A stretch of DNA of 64,000 bases from contig JAYKGZ010000107.1 of NCBI GenBank assembly GCA_035284925.1, forward strand, positions 18,134-82,133, written 5' to 3'. This DNA is from Cyanobacteriota bacterium (lineage in GTDB: Bacteria > Cyanobacteriota > Cyanobacteriia > PCC-6307 > Cyanobiaceae). The translations under genes were made by a program, and so were the position numbers. Positions within the stretch are counted from its first letter, which is position 1. Each line of letters opens with the position of its first letter. Positions 34,999 through 44,651 of this stretch are shown here, piece after piece. Under the pieces are notes generated by a model. The model did no database searches and was not told the origin of the DNA. It was given only the letters and a program-made list of their open reading frames with translations.

Positions 34999-36570
34999 TC
35001 AGGGTGTTTTCGCGCCAGCTCCACCGTGGCGGGCAGCGCTGGCCCGGATCGCCTCCAGCTCTTCCGTTGGGATCTTGTCGAGCTGGCGGATCACCAGGGC
35101 CATGCGGGGGTTGCTGCGCAACTGGGTGGCGTGCCGGGCCAGGAAATCCCAATACAGGCTGTTGAACGGACAGGCCGTCTCCCCGCTGCGCTGCTTCGGG
35201 TTGTAGGGGCAGCTCCTGCAGTAGGTACTCATTCGATTGATGTAACTGCCGCTCGCGGCATAGGGCTTGCTGGCCAACCGGCCTCCGTCGGCGAACAGGC
35301 CCATGCCGAGCACATTCGTCTGCATCACCCAGTCGTAGCCATCGATAAACATCCTGTGAAACCAGGCGGTGAAGGCCTGGGGATCGAGGCCGGCGATCAG
35401 GCCGTAATTGGCTAGCACCATCAGCCGCTGGATGTGGTGGGCGTAACCGGTGCCGGCGATCTCAGCGAGCACAGTGTCGATACAGTTCATCCCGCTCTGG
35501 CCCAGCTGCTCCATCCAGGTGGGGAGGGGCTGATCAGCGTTGAAGTGGTTGCTCTGGGTGTAATCGGGGCCGAACCAGCTGTAGAGCGCGTGCGTGTACT
35601 CTCTCCATCCCAGGATCTGACGAATGACGCCCTCCAGTGAGGAAAGAGGTGTGTTCCGCTCGCGGCCGGCTTCCTCAAGCCGACGGATCACCTCCAGTGG
35701 ATGGAGCAATCCCAGGTTGAGATAGGGCGACAGCAGGGCATGCCAAAGGGTGGGCTCACCGGCCACCATGGCGTCCTGATACGGCCCGAAACCGTCCAGG
35801 CGGGTTTCGATGAAATGTTCGAGGGCCGCGAGGGCCTGCTGCCGACTCACGGCCCAGCTGAAAGGCTGACTGCGCCCCGGAAGGCCCGCATCCCCCTTCT
35901 CCATAGCCAGGGACAGCTGCTCCACCTTCCCGATCACGGCCTCCGTGATCGCATCCGGTTCGAATCGAAGTGGTGGCGGTCCCTTCAGCCCCCGGGGTGG
36001 TGCCTTGCGGTTCTCGTGGTCGTAGTTCCACTGTCCCCCGAGCGGCTGCTTCCCGCTTCCATCCGGATCCATCAGCACCCCGAAGCGACGCCTGCCCTCG
36101 CGGTAGAAGAGCTCCATCCGGAGCTGTCTGTAAGAGCGGGCCCAGCCGTCAAAAGCCTCGGCATCCCAGAGGAAGGCATTCGACGCATGCCAGACCAGCT
36201 GGGGCCGGGGCGCCGGCAGGGCCGCCACCATCCGTTCAATCCTCTGACGAAAGGGCCGCTCCGCCGGCTCCATCAGATGAAGCTCCCGGATGCCATGGGC
36301 CCTGGTCCAGTCTGCAATCGCGGCGGAGAAAGCCTCGCTCTCCAGATAGTCGACGCACCATCCAGCTTCCCTGAGATCGGCGGCGAAATGGCGCATGGCA
36401 CTCCACACCAGCACAAGCTTCTGGCGGTGGTAGGCCTGCCACTGCAACACCGACCGGCTCTCGACCATGAGCACGCGCGCGTCGCCGGCCCGGTAGGAAG
36501 CCAGAGCGCTCTGGCTGGGGTTCAGCTGGTCGCCGAGCACCCAGATTCCGATGGAGGAATCCATGGCCAT
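34999..36570 (-). CDS. Fe-S bacterial cryptochrome/photolyase family protein (FeS-BCP, (6-4)-photolyase-like)
   Basis: 523 aa (COG3046 type). C-terminal Cys pattern C-x2-C-x12-C (CRSCPYNPKQRSGETAC) plus an upstream Cys (NCIDTV), as in the [4Fe-4S] site of PhrB/CryB. Confidence 0.8.
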   Translation of the reverse strand: MAMDSSIGIWVLGDQLNPSQSALASYRAGDARVLMVESRSVLQWQAYHRQKLVLVWSAMRHFAADLREAGWCVDYLESEAFSAAIADWTRAHGIRELHLMEPAERPFRQRIERMVAALPAPRPQLVWHASNAFLWDAEAFDGWARSYRQLRMELFYREGRRRFGVLMDPDGSGKQPLGGQWNYDHENRKAPPRGLKGPPPLRFEPDAITEAVIGKVEQLSLAMEKGDAGLPGRSQPFSWAVSRQQALAALEHFIETRLDGFGPYQDAMVAGEPTLWHALLSPYLNLGLLHPLEVIRRLEEAGRERNTPLSSLEGVIRQILGWREYTHALYSWFGPDYTQSNHFNADQPLPTWMEQLGQSGMNCIDTVLAEIAGTGYAHHIQRLMVLANYGLIAGLDPQAFTAWFHRMFIDGYDWVMQTNVLGMGLFADGGRLASKPYAASGSYINRMSTYCRSCPYNPKQRSGETACPFNSLYWDFLARHATQLRSNPRMALVIRQLDKIPTEELEAIRASAARHGGAGAKTP

Positions 36571-36572
36571 GG

Positions 36573-36863
36573 TCAGCTGACGGCTTCGCCGGCCAGACGA
36601 CAGACCCTCCGGGCGACCGCCGAGACAAATCCCCTGTCCACCGCTCCGTCCATCGGACTGATCAAGCCATCACGACAATCCACCACCACGCGTTCGTGAT
36701 GGCCCATCTGATCATCCACCCGCAGTCGAAGCTGCCAATGGTGCTTGGCGCTCCGCTGGATTTCAGCTCCGCAGACAGGCCCCACGCACAGTCCCGGGGC
36801 AGCCCTCGCTGAGACAGGCATCACCAGCAGCAGGGCCAGCAGGGTGGCAACGATCCGGATCAC
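36573..36863 (-). CDS. small exported hypothetical protein (96 aa, 4 Cys in the mature part)
   Basis: The GTG start forms a GTGA overlap with the uvrC stop. Signal peptide [23 protein letters not shown]-rich third positions. Stops 2 nt before the photolyase ATG. Confidence 0.55.
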   Translation of the reverse strand: MIRIVATLLALLLVMPVSARAAPGLCVGPVCGAEIQRSAKHHWQLRLRVDDQMGHHERVVVDCRDGLISPMDGAVDRGFVSAVARRVCRLAGEAVS

Positions 36864-38875
36864 CCAGCTAGTTCGAAGGTGGATTCGTGGCCATTGTCGA
36901 CCTCAGGGGGTGGTTCAGAGGGTGCCTCGGCCTCTGCTGATGCCTCGGGATGGAAGTACTCCCACACCACTCTGGCGAGGCCGGCACCCATCCCAGGGGC
37001 CTGGGCCAGGGTCTGCGGGCTCGCCAGCTGGATGGCATCGATGGAACGAAAGTGGGCGAGAAGGTCACGGATCCGCTTGGGCCCAAGACCGGGAATGTCG
37101 GAGAGGCGCGAGCGCTTCATCCTCAGCCCCCGCTGCTGGCGGTGAAAACTCACGGCAAAGCGATGCGCCTCATCGCGAAGGCGTCTGAGCAGCTGCACGC
37201 CCAGCTGGTCGGGGTCGCTCTCAAGCGCAGCTCCGGCACCCGGAAGAAACACCTCCTCACGCTGTTTTGCCAGGGAACAAACCACGAGATCCTCATGCAG
37301 ATCCAGCTCACGCAGGGCTTCCATCACGGCAGAGAGCTGGCCCTTGCCTCCGTCGATCATCACCACATCCGGCCAGTCGCTGAGCCCTTCGGTGTGCAGA
37401 GCCGAGCCTGAACGGCGGCGCAGTTCGCCAAGGTCCGTTCCCGACGCCTTGGCCTGGCTCCAGCGACGGAAGCGGCGGCGCATGATCTCAGCCATGGCCA
37501 TGAAGTCGTCGGAATGGCCGGAGTGGATGGAACTGCTTCTGATCTTGTAGTGCCGGTAATGCTGTTTGGCTGGCAGGCCGTCGATGAAGACCACCTGAGA
37601 GGCCACCGCATCGCTTCCCTGAATGTGGCTGATGTCAAAGCCCTCGACCCGCCGAGGTGGCGTGGAGAGATCAAGCAGCTGAGCGAGATCTTCCGTGGCC
37701 AGCAGATTCTGTTCGCTGGCCCGCTGGGCCCGCTGTAACTCGTAGCTGGCATTGCGCACCACAAGCTCGATCAGATCCGCCTTCTGCTGACGCTGGGGAA
37801 CGGCAATCTTCACGCGCCGTCCCCGCAGCTCGCTGAGCCATTCAGCGATCAGGCTCTGCTGGGGCAGGGCCTGCTGCACAAGCAATTCCATCGGGATCTC
37901 CACCGGCTCCACCTGGCTGTAATGCTCCTCGATCACCGTCTGCAACACCTGTGCCGGTTCGATGCCCACGGCGTCGGCTGTGTAGCCCAGTCTTCCCACG
38001 AGCTTGCCGGCACGCACTTGAAACAGCTGCACGGAAGCCAGCCTCTGATCAGCAGCCAGAGCCAGCACGTCTCGATTCACGGAACTGTCGCCGGTGCTCA
38101 TCTTCTGATCGGCGGTGAGCGTATCGATTCCCTGGATCTGATCCCTCACGCGGGCCGCACTCTCAAAATCCAGGCGTTGGGAATAGCGTTCCATCTGTTC
38201 GCTCAGCATCCGAAGCAGCTCGTCATTGCGTCCCTGGAACACCATGGCTACCTGACGCAGGGTGCGGTGATAATCTTCCGAGCTGATCTTTTGCTGGCAG
38301 ACGCCTGGGCAGCGCCCAATGTCATAGTTGAGGCAGGGCCTGTCGCGATACAGCGGTTGGGGTCTCTGCCGGAGAGGAAACACCCGTTTAACAAGGCTGA
38401 GGGTACGCCGTAGCAGACCCACATCAACATATGGGCCGTAGAAACGATCGAGACTCGAGCGGAAGCGTCGCCGCCTAGTGATGAAGATGCGGGGATAGGC
38501 TTCGCTCCAGGTGATGCAGAGATAGGGATATTTCTTGTCGTCCTTGAGGAGAATGTTGAAATGGGGCTGGTGGTTCTTGATCAGGTTGGCTTCAAGCGCC
38601 AGCGCTTCAGCTTCGCTGTCCGTGACGATCACCTCGATCTCACAGATCTGGCGCACCATCAGCCGGATTCTTGGACTGTGGCCATGGCCACTGCCCGTTT
38701 GGAAGTAACTGCGGACCCGATGGCGCAGAACCTTGGCTTTGCCGATGTAAAGAATTCGATCCTCACCATCACGCATCAGGTAGCAACCGGGCTCTGCCGG
38801 CAGCTCCCGCAGCCTCTGCTGAAGATGGTCAGGGCGCTGGTTCAGCGGAAGGCTGCCCGCAGGCGTCTGAGCCAA
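36860..38875 (-). CDS. uvrC: excinuclease ABC subunit C
   Basis: 671 aa with a TTG start. GIY-YIG ([29 protein letters not shown]), a UVR domain, an endonuclease domain and a C-terminal (HhH)2 ([19 protein letters not shown]). Confidence 0.95.
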   Translation of the reverse strand: MAQTPAGSLPLNQRPDHLQQRLRELPAEPGCYLMRDGEDRILYIGKAKVLRHRVRSYFQTGSGHGHSPRIRLMVRQICEIEVIVTDSEAEALALEANLIKNHQPHFNILLKDDKKYPYLCITWSEAYPRIFITRRRRFRSSLDRFYGPYVDVGLLRRTLSLVKRVFPLRQRPQPLYRDRPCLNYDIGRCPGVCQQKISSEDYHRTLRQVAMVFQGRNDELLRMLSEQMERYSQRLDFESAARVRDQIQGIDTLTADQKMSTGDSSVNRDVLALAADQRLASVQLFQVRAGKLVGRLGYTADAVGIEPAQVLQTVIEEHYSQVEPVEIPMELLVQQALPQQSLIAEWLSELRGRRVKIAVPQRQQKADLIELVVRNASYELQRAQRASEQNLLATEDLAQLLDLSTPPRRVEGFDISHIQGSDAVASQVVFIDGLPAKQHYRHYKIRSSSIHSGHSDDFMAMAEIMRRRFRRWSQAKASGTDLGELRRRSGSALHTEGLSDWPDVVMIDGGKGQLSAVMEALRELDLHEDLVVCSLAKQREEVFLPGAGAALESDPDQLGVQLLRRLRDEAHRFAVSFHRQQRGLRMKRSRLSDIPGLGPKRIRDLLAHFRSIDAIQLASPQTLAQAPGMGAGLARVVWEYFHPEASAEAEAPSEPPPEVDNGHESTFELAG

Positions 38876-38887
38876 GGTTCCGGAACC

Positions 38888-39370
38888 TCAGCCGCCGTAA
38901 TTCCAGCCTGTGCCGCTGAGCTCAAGAGCCGGGGCATCGCGGTGAAGGGTTGCGCTCTTCACTTCTCCCACAAACACGGTGTGGTCTCCGGCTGCCACCT
39001 GCCCCACCACCGAGCACTCCACGCCGCCGAGGGCGTTGTCGAGAATGGGAAGGCCAAGCTCTCCCAGCGTGAAGGGCGCCGTTTCGAACCGACCTCCAAC
39101 CCCTTCCTGGGGCTTGAAAAACACGGCGGCCAGATCCTTCTGATCCGCGGAGAGCACGTTCAGGGAAAAGAGCCCCGTTCGCTGAATCATGCCGTTACTG
39201 GTGCTGTCAGCCCGTACGGCCATCACCACGAGCGGGGGTTCGAACGATCCCTGCGTGACCCAGCTGGCGGTGAAGCCATTCACAACGCTGCCCTCCGCCA
39301 CCCCGCAGATGAACAGACCGTGAGGGATCTTGCGCAACAGGCTCTTCTTGGCAGCGAGATCCAGGGACAT
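38888..39370 (-). CDS. flavin reductase-like FMN-binding protein
   Basis: 160 aa. GLFICGVAEGSVVNGFTASWVTQGSFEPPLVVMAV...GDHTVFVGEV, typical of the flavin reductase/DIM6-NTAB family. Confidence 0.7.
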   Translation of the reverse strand: MSLDLAAKKSLLRKIPHGLFICGVAEGSVVNGFTASWVTQGSFEPPLVVMAVRADSTSNGMIQRTGLFSLNVLSADQKDLAAVFFKPQEGVGGRFETAPFTLGELGLPILDNALGGVECSVVGQVAAGDHTVFVGEVKSATLHRDAPALELSGTGWNYGG

Positions 39371-39432
39371 CGGGTTTGACAGGCTCCTGGCCAGTGTAAG
39401 AAGGGGAGGAGCCCCCCCATTGGCCGATGCCG

Positions 39433-39978
39433 ATGCGTGCCCTCTACCCAGGTTCCTTCGACCCGCTCACGCTCGGCCATCTCGATCTGATCGAACGGGC
39501 AGCGCGGCTGTTTGATGGCCTCGTGGTGGGAGTGCTTCAGAACACCAACAAAACGGCTTGCTTCCCCCTGGATCGGCGATTGGAGCAGATTCGAGCGGCC
39601 ACGGCCCATCTCAGCGGCCTGCAGGTGGCCAGCTTCGATGGACTCACCGTGGACTTCGCACGCCAATGCGGCGCCGAGGTGATTCTGAGGGGCCTGCGGG
39701 CGCTGAGCGACTTCGAATACGAGCTTCAGATCGCCCACACCAACAAAAGCCTTGCCGCCCAGGTGGAAACCCTGTTCCTGGCCACGGCCGTCCACCACAG
39801 TTTTCTGAGCAGCTCCGTGGTCAAGGAGGTTGCCCGCTTTGGTGGTGATGTCCGCCACATGGTGCCTCCAGGTGTGGCCAGCGACCTGACCAGGCTCTTT
39901 AATCACGGAACCACCCAACCCCCATCGCGCTCAACCGCCCATGGCAGATCCAAAGATCACGGTGCTCGAGCAGATTGA
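39433..39978 (+). CDS. coaD: pantetheine-phosphate adenylyltransferase
   Basis: [23 protein letters not shown] (nucleotidyltransferase T/H-x-G-H), then [12 protein letters not shown] and [11 protein letters not shown] 39433, or 39427. Confidence 0.9.
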   Translation: MRALYPGSFDPLTLGHLDLIERAARLFDGLVVGVLQNTNKTACFPLDRRLEQIRAATAHLSGLQVASFDGLTVDFARQCGAEVILRGLRALSDFEYELQIAHTNKSLAAQVETLFLATAVHHSFLSSSVVKEVARFGGDVRHMVPPGVASDLTRLFNHGTTQPPSRSTAHGRSKDHGARAD

Positions 39979-40861
39979 TCAGCTGGAGGAGATCGTTCTG
40001 GAAGGCAGTCGGATCCCCTTCAGTGGTGGCCGTCTGGTGAATGAACAGGATGCCGTGGAGGTGATGGATGCGCTCCGTGAAGCCATTCCTCCCCAGATCG
40101 CCCAGGCCGTCGATCTGATTCGTCAGCGCGAGGATTTCATCGCCCAGGCACGTAGCCAGGCCGACGAGATTGTGACCCAGGGCCGTCAGCAACGGGAGCA
40201 GCTGATCAATTCAGCCTCGATCCGCCAGGAGGCTGAGCGCCATGTGGCCGAGTTGCGCGAGCAGGCCCGACAGCAATGTGAGCAGCTGATGTTGCAGGCC
40301 CGCCAGCAGGTCGCTCAGAGCGAGCAGGAATTCCAGGTCCGACAGGCCCAGCAGGAGCAGCAGTTCGCAGCCCGGCGACAGCAGCTGGAGCAGGAGGTGG
40401 CAGAGCGCAACAGGCTGCTGCTGGAGCAGCACGAACGGAATCGACAGCAGGCCATGGCCGAGCTTGAACAGATCCGTCAGGAAGGGCTGCGGATTCAGAG
40501 GGACAGCCAGGCGGAGGCCGAACGCCTCCAGAACGACGCGATGCAGTTCCGGCAGCAGACCCAGCAGCAGTGCGACGCCCTGGTTTCCCGCAGCCGCCAG
40601 GAGGCCTCCACCATTCAGGAGGGTGCCAACCATTACGCCGAGCAGGTTCTCAGTGAACTGGAAGGTCGGCTTCAGGAGCTCAGCAAGGTGGTTCTCGGCG
40701 GACGGCATGAGCTGGGTCGCCTCATGGCTGGCCAGATCACGGCTTCAGATCGGGCGCTTCAGTCAAATGTCCGCAATGCAGCCGGCGAGCGGGAAAGCGG
40801 CCGATCAACGGGCCGGCGCCTGGCCAGCCGGCTGCGCCGCGTTACCGAAGGGCTGAACTGA
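39941..40861 (+). CDS. Gln/Glu/Arg-rich coiled-coil protein, DivIVA/Cdv3-like (putative cell-division factor)
   Basis: 306 aa. The N-terminal [43 protein letters not shown] resembles cyanobacterial Cdv3-type proteins, followed by about 200 aa of heptad-like QQ/EQ/RQ repeats. The name is from memory. Overlaps the coaD 3' end by 38 nt. Confidence 0.5.
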   Translation: MADPKITVLEQIDQLEEIVLEGSRIPFSGGRLVNEQDAVEVMDALREAIPPQIAQAVDLIRQREDFIAQARSQADEIVTQGRQQREQLINSASIRQEAERHVAELREQARQQCEQLMLQARQQVAQSEQEFQVRQAQQEQQFAARRQQLEQEVAERNRLLLEQHERNRQQAMAELEQIRQEGLRIQRDSQAEAERLQNDAMQFRQQTQQQCDALVSRSRQEASTIQEGANHYAEQVLSELEGRLQELSKVVLGGRHELGRLMAGQITASDRALQSNVRNAAGERESGRSTGRRLASRLRRVTEGLN

Positions 40862-40881
40862 CCCTCTGGTGAACTCCTGAC

Positions 40882-42177
40882 TCAGATCGGCTGGGGTGGG
40901 CAGAGGCTGGTGTTCAGCACCTGCTGCAACACCTGGCCGATGGTGGAGTTGGGTGATCCCGCACCGTTGCTGATGGCACTGACGTAGCGGGGACCATCGT
41001 TGCTTTCAAGAATCCCGCTGATGGAGCGCACGCCGGTGAGCGTGCCGGTCTTCGCGTATAACCGAGCTTCGACCGGTGTTCCAACGAACAGGTTGCGCAG
41101 GGTTCCGCGACGGCCCGCAACGGCCATGGAGGCCAGGTATTGCGAGGCATAGGGATGCTGATTCATGCGCAGCAGAAGCGCGGCCAGGAATCGACTGGTG
41201 AGCCGGTTGTTGCGATCAAGGCCGCTGCCGTCCACGACGACGACTCCCTCCATCGGCAGTCCCTGCTCAGTGAGCCAGCGTGTGACAAGCACGCGGGCCT
41301 GCTGCAGATCCCAGGTTCCGGCTCCCTGTCTCAACAGCACCTCCGCGGTGAAGTTGTGACTCTCCGTATTGGCCAGGCTGAGGAGGTTGTGCATCGGAGC
41401 CGAGGGCTCCTCGTGAACCATGGCCGCATCCGCGGGGAGTGGGCTTGTGGCCGCCACCAGGCTGAGTTGCGCCTGGCCACCCTGCTGCTGCAGGGCTTTG
41501 CTCAACAGTGTCTGAAGACGGGCCGGGGGATTGGCCACCGCTGACTGAATGGCATTGCTGGTGAGCGCGAGGCGGGTGATCGGGGCTCCGTAGGGATAGG
41601 TCCGGTCGTCCGGGTGCCAGCCCCTGGGCCACCAGGCCCAGGCTGGTTCCTCAGCCAGCTGGAGGCGTACCCGCGAGACGCTGCCATTGCCGCGGCTCTC
41701 AGCCAGGGCCAGTTTCACAAAACGCTGAAGCTGCGGAAGGGCCAGATCCGGATCTCCCTCCCCGGTCAGCCGGAAGCTGCCGTCCGCCAGCCTCCACATC
41801 TGAGTGCGTAGCCGGTAATCGGGACCGAGCCGATCGAGAGCGTAGGCCGTGCTGACCAGCTTCTGGTTGGAGGCCGGAACCCTGGAGCGCCGGCCATTCA
41901 GATCAGCCAGCAACCGTCCCTGGGCATCCGCCACCGTGATGCTCCAGACCGGGGTCTCGCCCCCCACGATTCTCTGTATCCGCTGTTGGAGAGCTGGACA
42001 GCTCACCTGGGCCTGCAACAACGGCAGGCCCACCGGCGGCGGCGACGAGGGCAGGGAGACCAGGGGGACCCCTCCTTGCGGCTGGTCCGTCAGGGCTGGT
42101 GTCTCAGCGGCCCAGGCGGGGACGAAGGCGATGCCGACCAGACAGGTCAGGGTCAGTCCAGCGGCCAGCTTGACCAT
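40882..42177 (-). CDS. dacB: D-alanyl-D-alanine carboxypeptidase/endopeptidase (PBP4, peptidase S13)
   Basis: 431 aa. Signal peptide, S-x-x-K (ASNQKL), and KTGTL. Confidence 0.85.
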   Translation of the reverse strand: MVKLAAGLTLTCLVGIAFVPAWAAETPALTDQPQGGVPLVSLPSSPPPVGLPLLQAQVSCPALQQRIQRIVGGETPVWSITVADAQGRLLADLNGRRSRVPASNQKLVSTAYALDRLGPDYRLRTQMWRLADGSFRLTGEGDPDLALPQLQRFVKLALAESRGNGSVSRVRLQLAEEPAWAWWPRGWHPDDRTYPYGAPITRLALTSNAIQSAVANPPARLQTLLSKALQQQGGQAQLSLVAATSPLPADAAMVHEEPSAPMHNLLSLANTESHNFTAEVLLRQGAGTWDLQQARVLVTRWLTEQGLPMEGVVVVDGSGLDRNNRLTSRFLAALLLRMNQHPYASQYLASMAVAGRRGTLRNLFVGTPVEARLYAKTGTLTGVRSISGILESNDGPRYVSAISNGAGSPNSTIGQVLQQVLNTSLCPPQPI

Positions 42178-42181
42178 CGGA

Positions 42182-42712
42182 TCAGGCTCCGATCTCGAGG
42201 CCGGTCACCGTGCCACTCACCCTGAAGTTCTTCCCTTCGAGCTCGACGGGTGCGCCGATCTTGAGGTTCTGATTTCCAAAGACGACGCCTCCACCGGTTT
42301 TCCGACCCTGGCCGACCAGTTCGAAGCGCGCATCCAGAGTGCTGAAGATCTGCTGATTGGGATCCAAGGCTGTCACAACCCTTCCATCCGGCTGAAGGGC
42401 CACCAGCCGGCGCTGCAACGGCTTCACGGCTTTCACGCGGACGGATCCGTGGGGTTGATTGCGGATCACGATGGCCACGGATCCCTCGCTGCGCACCGCT
42501 GCGATCAGGGCCGCCGGATCCGCGGCCGGCATGCCTCTGATGTCGACCATCACCGTCACCGGTGCGAGCTTGCCCGTGGCACTGGCCACGGCGTTGCCCA
42601 GCTTCGGGCTCCAGACCACCCCAACGGCTGCCAGAAGCACAGCGGCCGCGGCTCCGATGTCCAGCACGCCCCAGCGAGGTTTCGACTCGGGCGATCCAGG
42701 CTTCGAGACCAT
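42182..42712 (-). CDS. DUF4330-family membrane-anchored protein
   Basis: Start chosen at ATG 42712 (MVSKPGSPESKPRWGVLDIGAAAAVLLAAVGVVW); the track ORF extends to 42748. Family name from memory. Confidence 0.5.
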   Translation of the reverse strand: MVSKPGSPESKPRWGVLDIGAAAAVLLAAVGVVWSPKLGNAVASATGKLAPVTVMVDIRGMPAADPAALIAAVRSEGSVAIVIRNQPHGSVRVKAVKPLQRRLVALQPDGRVVTALDPNQQIFSTLDARFELVGQGRKTGGGVVFGNQNLKIGAPVELEGKNFRVSGTVTGLEIGA

Positions 42713-42769
42713 CGGGTTTCCAGGGCTCGCCGCAGTGTACGGAGACAACTCCCCCCGGACCAGCCATGG

Positions 42770-43450
42770 TCAGCTGCGGAGCCCCTCAAGGAAGGCATCG
42801 ATCGCGCCCAGGTTGCTGCCCAGATCCATTCCGTTCAACGCCAGGGCCTGCTGTTCGGGATCCGGCCTCCGCTCGAAGCCGGCCACGAACCGGAACCCAT
42901 CCGGATCCTCCCGGTAGATCTCCCAGGACCCTGGGTACGCACGACGCAGCGCACCCGTGGCCAGCGGTTGGATGGTGTAGGCCGACTGCCACTGAGCCAG
43001 AAAGCCCCTGCGGCGCTCCCGGCCCACGCTGCCGATGCCAACCCCGGCATCCTCGAGGCGACCATTGACCATCACGATGGCGCCTTGATGCCCAGTGCTG
43101 ATCCGTTCGAAGTCCTCGTAATCGGCCGCTGATGGAGCGATGGCCAGAAGCAGATCAGGGTCTGCACTCGACACCGGTTGACGCAGCAGTTCCGCAAAAT
43201 CCAGGATCGTGATGTCGAGAGCTGCGGCCTCCCGGCGGGCTAGGGCGGCGGCACCGGCGTCGGGAAAGAGCAACCGGGTGCTTCGATGTGTGGCGAGCAG
43301 AGTGGCGCAGAGCCGCAGAGCCGGAGCCAACAGCCTTAGACCTTCGAACCGCCATTCCACGGTCCAGCGGCCCCTGGGCTCAGCGGTGAGAGCCGCTTGA
43401 AGCGCCTCGATGGTTTGGGCTTCCGCGGCAAGGAGATCAGCCGGAAGCAT
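42770..43450 (-). CDS. DUF1995-family protein
   Basis: Start chosen at ATG 43450 (MLPADLLAAEAQTIEAL), 4 nt after the upstream stop; the track ORF extends to 43522. Family name from memory. Confidence 0.5.
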   Translation of the reverse strand: MLPADLLAAEAQTIEALQAALTAEPRGRWTVEWRFEGLRLLAPALRLCATLLATHRSTRLLFPDAGAAALARREAAALDITILDFAELLRQPVSSADPDLLLAIAPSAADYEDFERISTGHQGAIVMVNGRLEDAGVGIGSVGRERRRGFLAQWQSAYTIQPLATGALRRAYPGSWEIYREDPDGFRFVAGFERRPDPEQQALALNGMDLGSNLGAIDAFLEGLRS

Positions 43451-43454
43451 GGAC

Positions 43455-44648
43455 TCACTGCGATGTCTTCCATTCAACCCGGCGGATCGCTTCGATGAGG
43501 GCGGTCGCCACCCGCCTGACATCTTGATCTCCGAGCCAGGGCCCCAGGCTCAGCCGCAGGCCGCTGGCCGCTTCCTGCAGCCCGTATCCCAGTGCCAGAA
43601 GCACCGGGCTGGCGCCGGAGCCCCGGCTGCTGCAGGCCGAGCCGCTGCTGGCGGCAATGCCCAGATCGTTCAGTTCGCGCACCAGATCGCGACCGTTCAG
43701 GGGTGTTCCGCTGCAGCTGCTCACCAGGAGGCTGAGGTGATGGGGCAGGCGGGAAGCAGGATCCAGCCTGGGATCCGGTCCACTCAGGCGAAGTCCGCGC
43801 AGGCCGACGCAGTCGATCAGCAACTGATCACGGATCGGGGTGATCGGGTCGGCGCCAGCCGAGGCAGTTAGCCGCTCGTCGGCCTGTTTAAGCGCCGCCG
43901 CGAAGCCGGCCACCAGGGCCACCGGTTCGCTTCCGGCTCGAAGCCCCCCCTCCTGCCCCCCACCACCGATCAGGGGTACGAGGGGCTGATCGGGGGCCAC
44001 CAACAGCAGGCCTACCCCACGAGGACCCTGGAGCTTGTGGGCCGTGCCGCTGAGCAGATCAACCGGGAGCTGGTCGAAACAGATGGTGCGATGCCCCAGG
44101 ATCTGGACGGCATCGACATGGAGTGGCACACCATGTCGACGGCACAGTTTCCCGATCGCCCGGATCGGTTGAACCGTGCCCACTTCGCTTTGTCCCCAGA
44201 TCAGTGACACCAGCCGGGTCGGTGGGTCCAGCCTGGCCTCCAGCTCGTTGAGATTCAGGAATCCCTGCTGATCCACCGGGATCCGCACCACGTCCCAGCC
44301 GCGCTGCTCCAGCTGGTGAGAGGCTGAAAGGGTGGCGGGATGTTCCACCGAAGAGATCAACAGCCTTCGGGTGCGGTGCTGGGCTTCGATCGCGGTGGCG
44401 GCTCCAAGCAGGGCCAGGTGAATCGATTCGCTGCCACCGGATGTGAAAACGACCCGGCCTGCTCGACAGCCCAGCAGGGCTCCGATCGTCTGCCGGGCGC
44501 GCTCGAGTACCTCCGCGGCTGCCAGGCCAGGACCGTGAAGGCTGGACGGATTCGCCCAGGCTGTGGCCTGCACCTCAGCCATGACCTGGAGGACCGCGGC
44601 CGACGGAGGTGTGGTGGCGCAGGCATCCAGATACAGACCGGCCGGCAT
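43455..44648 (-). CDS. cysteine desulfurase (class V aminotransferase, NifS/IscS-like)
   Basis: 397 aa. LYLDACATTP...NPSSLH..G...FTSGGSESI...HVDAVQ...SGTAHKLQGPRGVG...SSGSACSS (PLP Lys and catalytic Cys loop). Confidence 0.8.
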   Translation of the reverse strand: MPAGLYLDACATTPPSAAVLQVMAEVQATAWANPSSLHGPGLAAAEVLERARQTIGALLGCRAGRVVFTSGGSESIHLALLGAATAIEAQHRTRRLLISSVEHPATLSASHQLEQRGWDVVRIPVDQQGFLNLNELEARLDPPTRLVSLIWGQSEVGTVQPIRAIGKLCRRHGVPLHVDAVQILGHRTICFDQLPVDLLSGTAHKLQGPRGVGLLLVAPDQPLVPLIGGGGQEGGLRAGSEPVALVAGFAAALKQADERLTASAGADPITPIRDQLLIDCVGLRGLRLSGPDPRLDPASRLPHHLSLLVSSCSGTPLNGRDLVRELNDLGIAASSGSACSSRGSGASPVLLALGYGLQEAASGLRLSLGPWLGDQDVRRVATALIEAIRRVEWKTSQ

Positions 44649-44651
44649 GGT

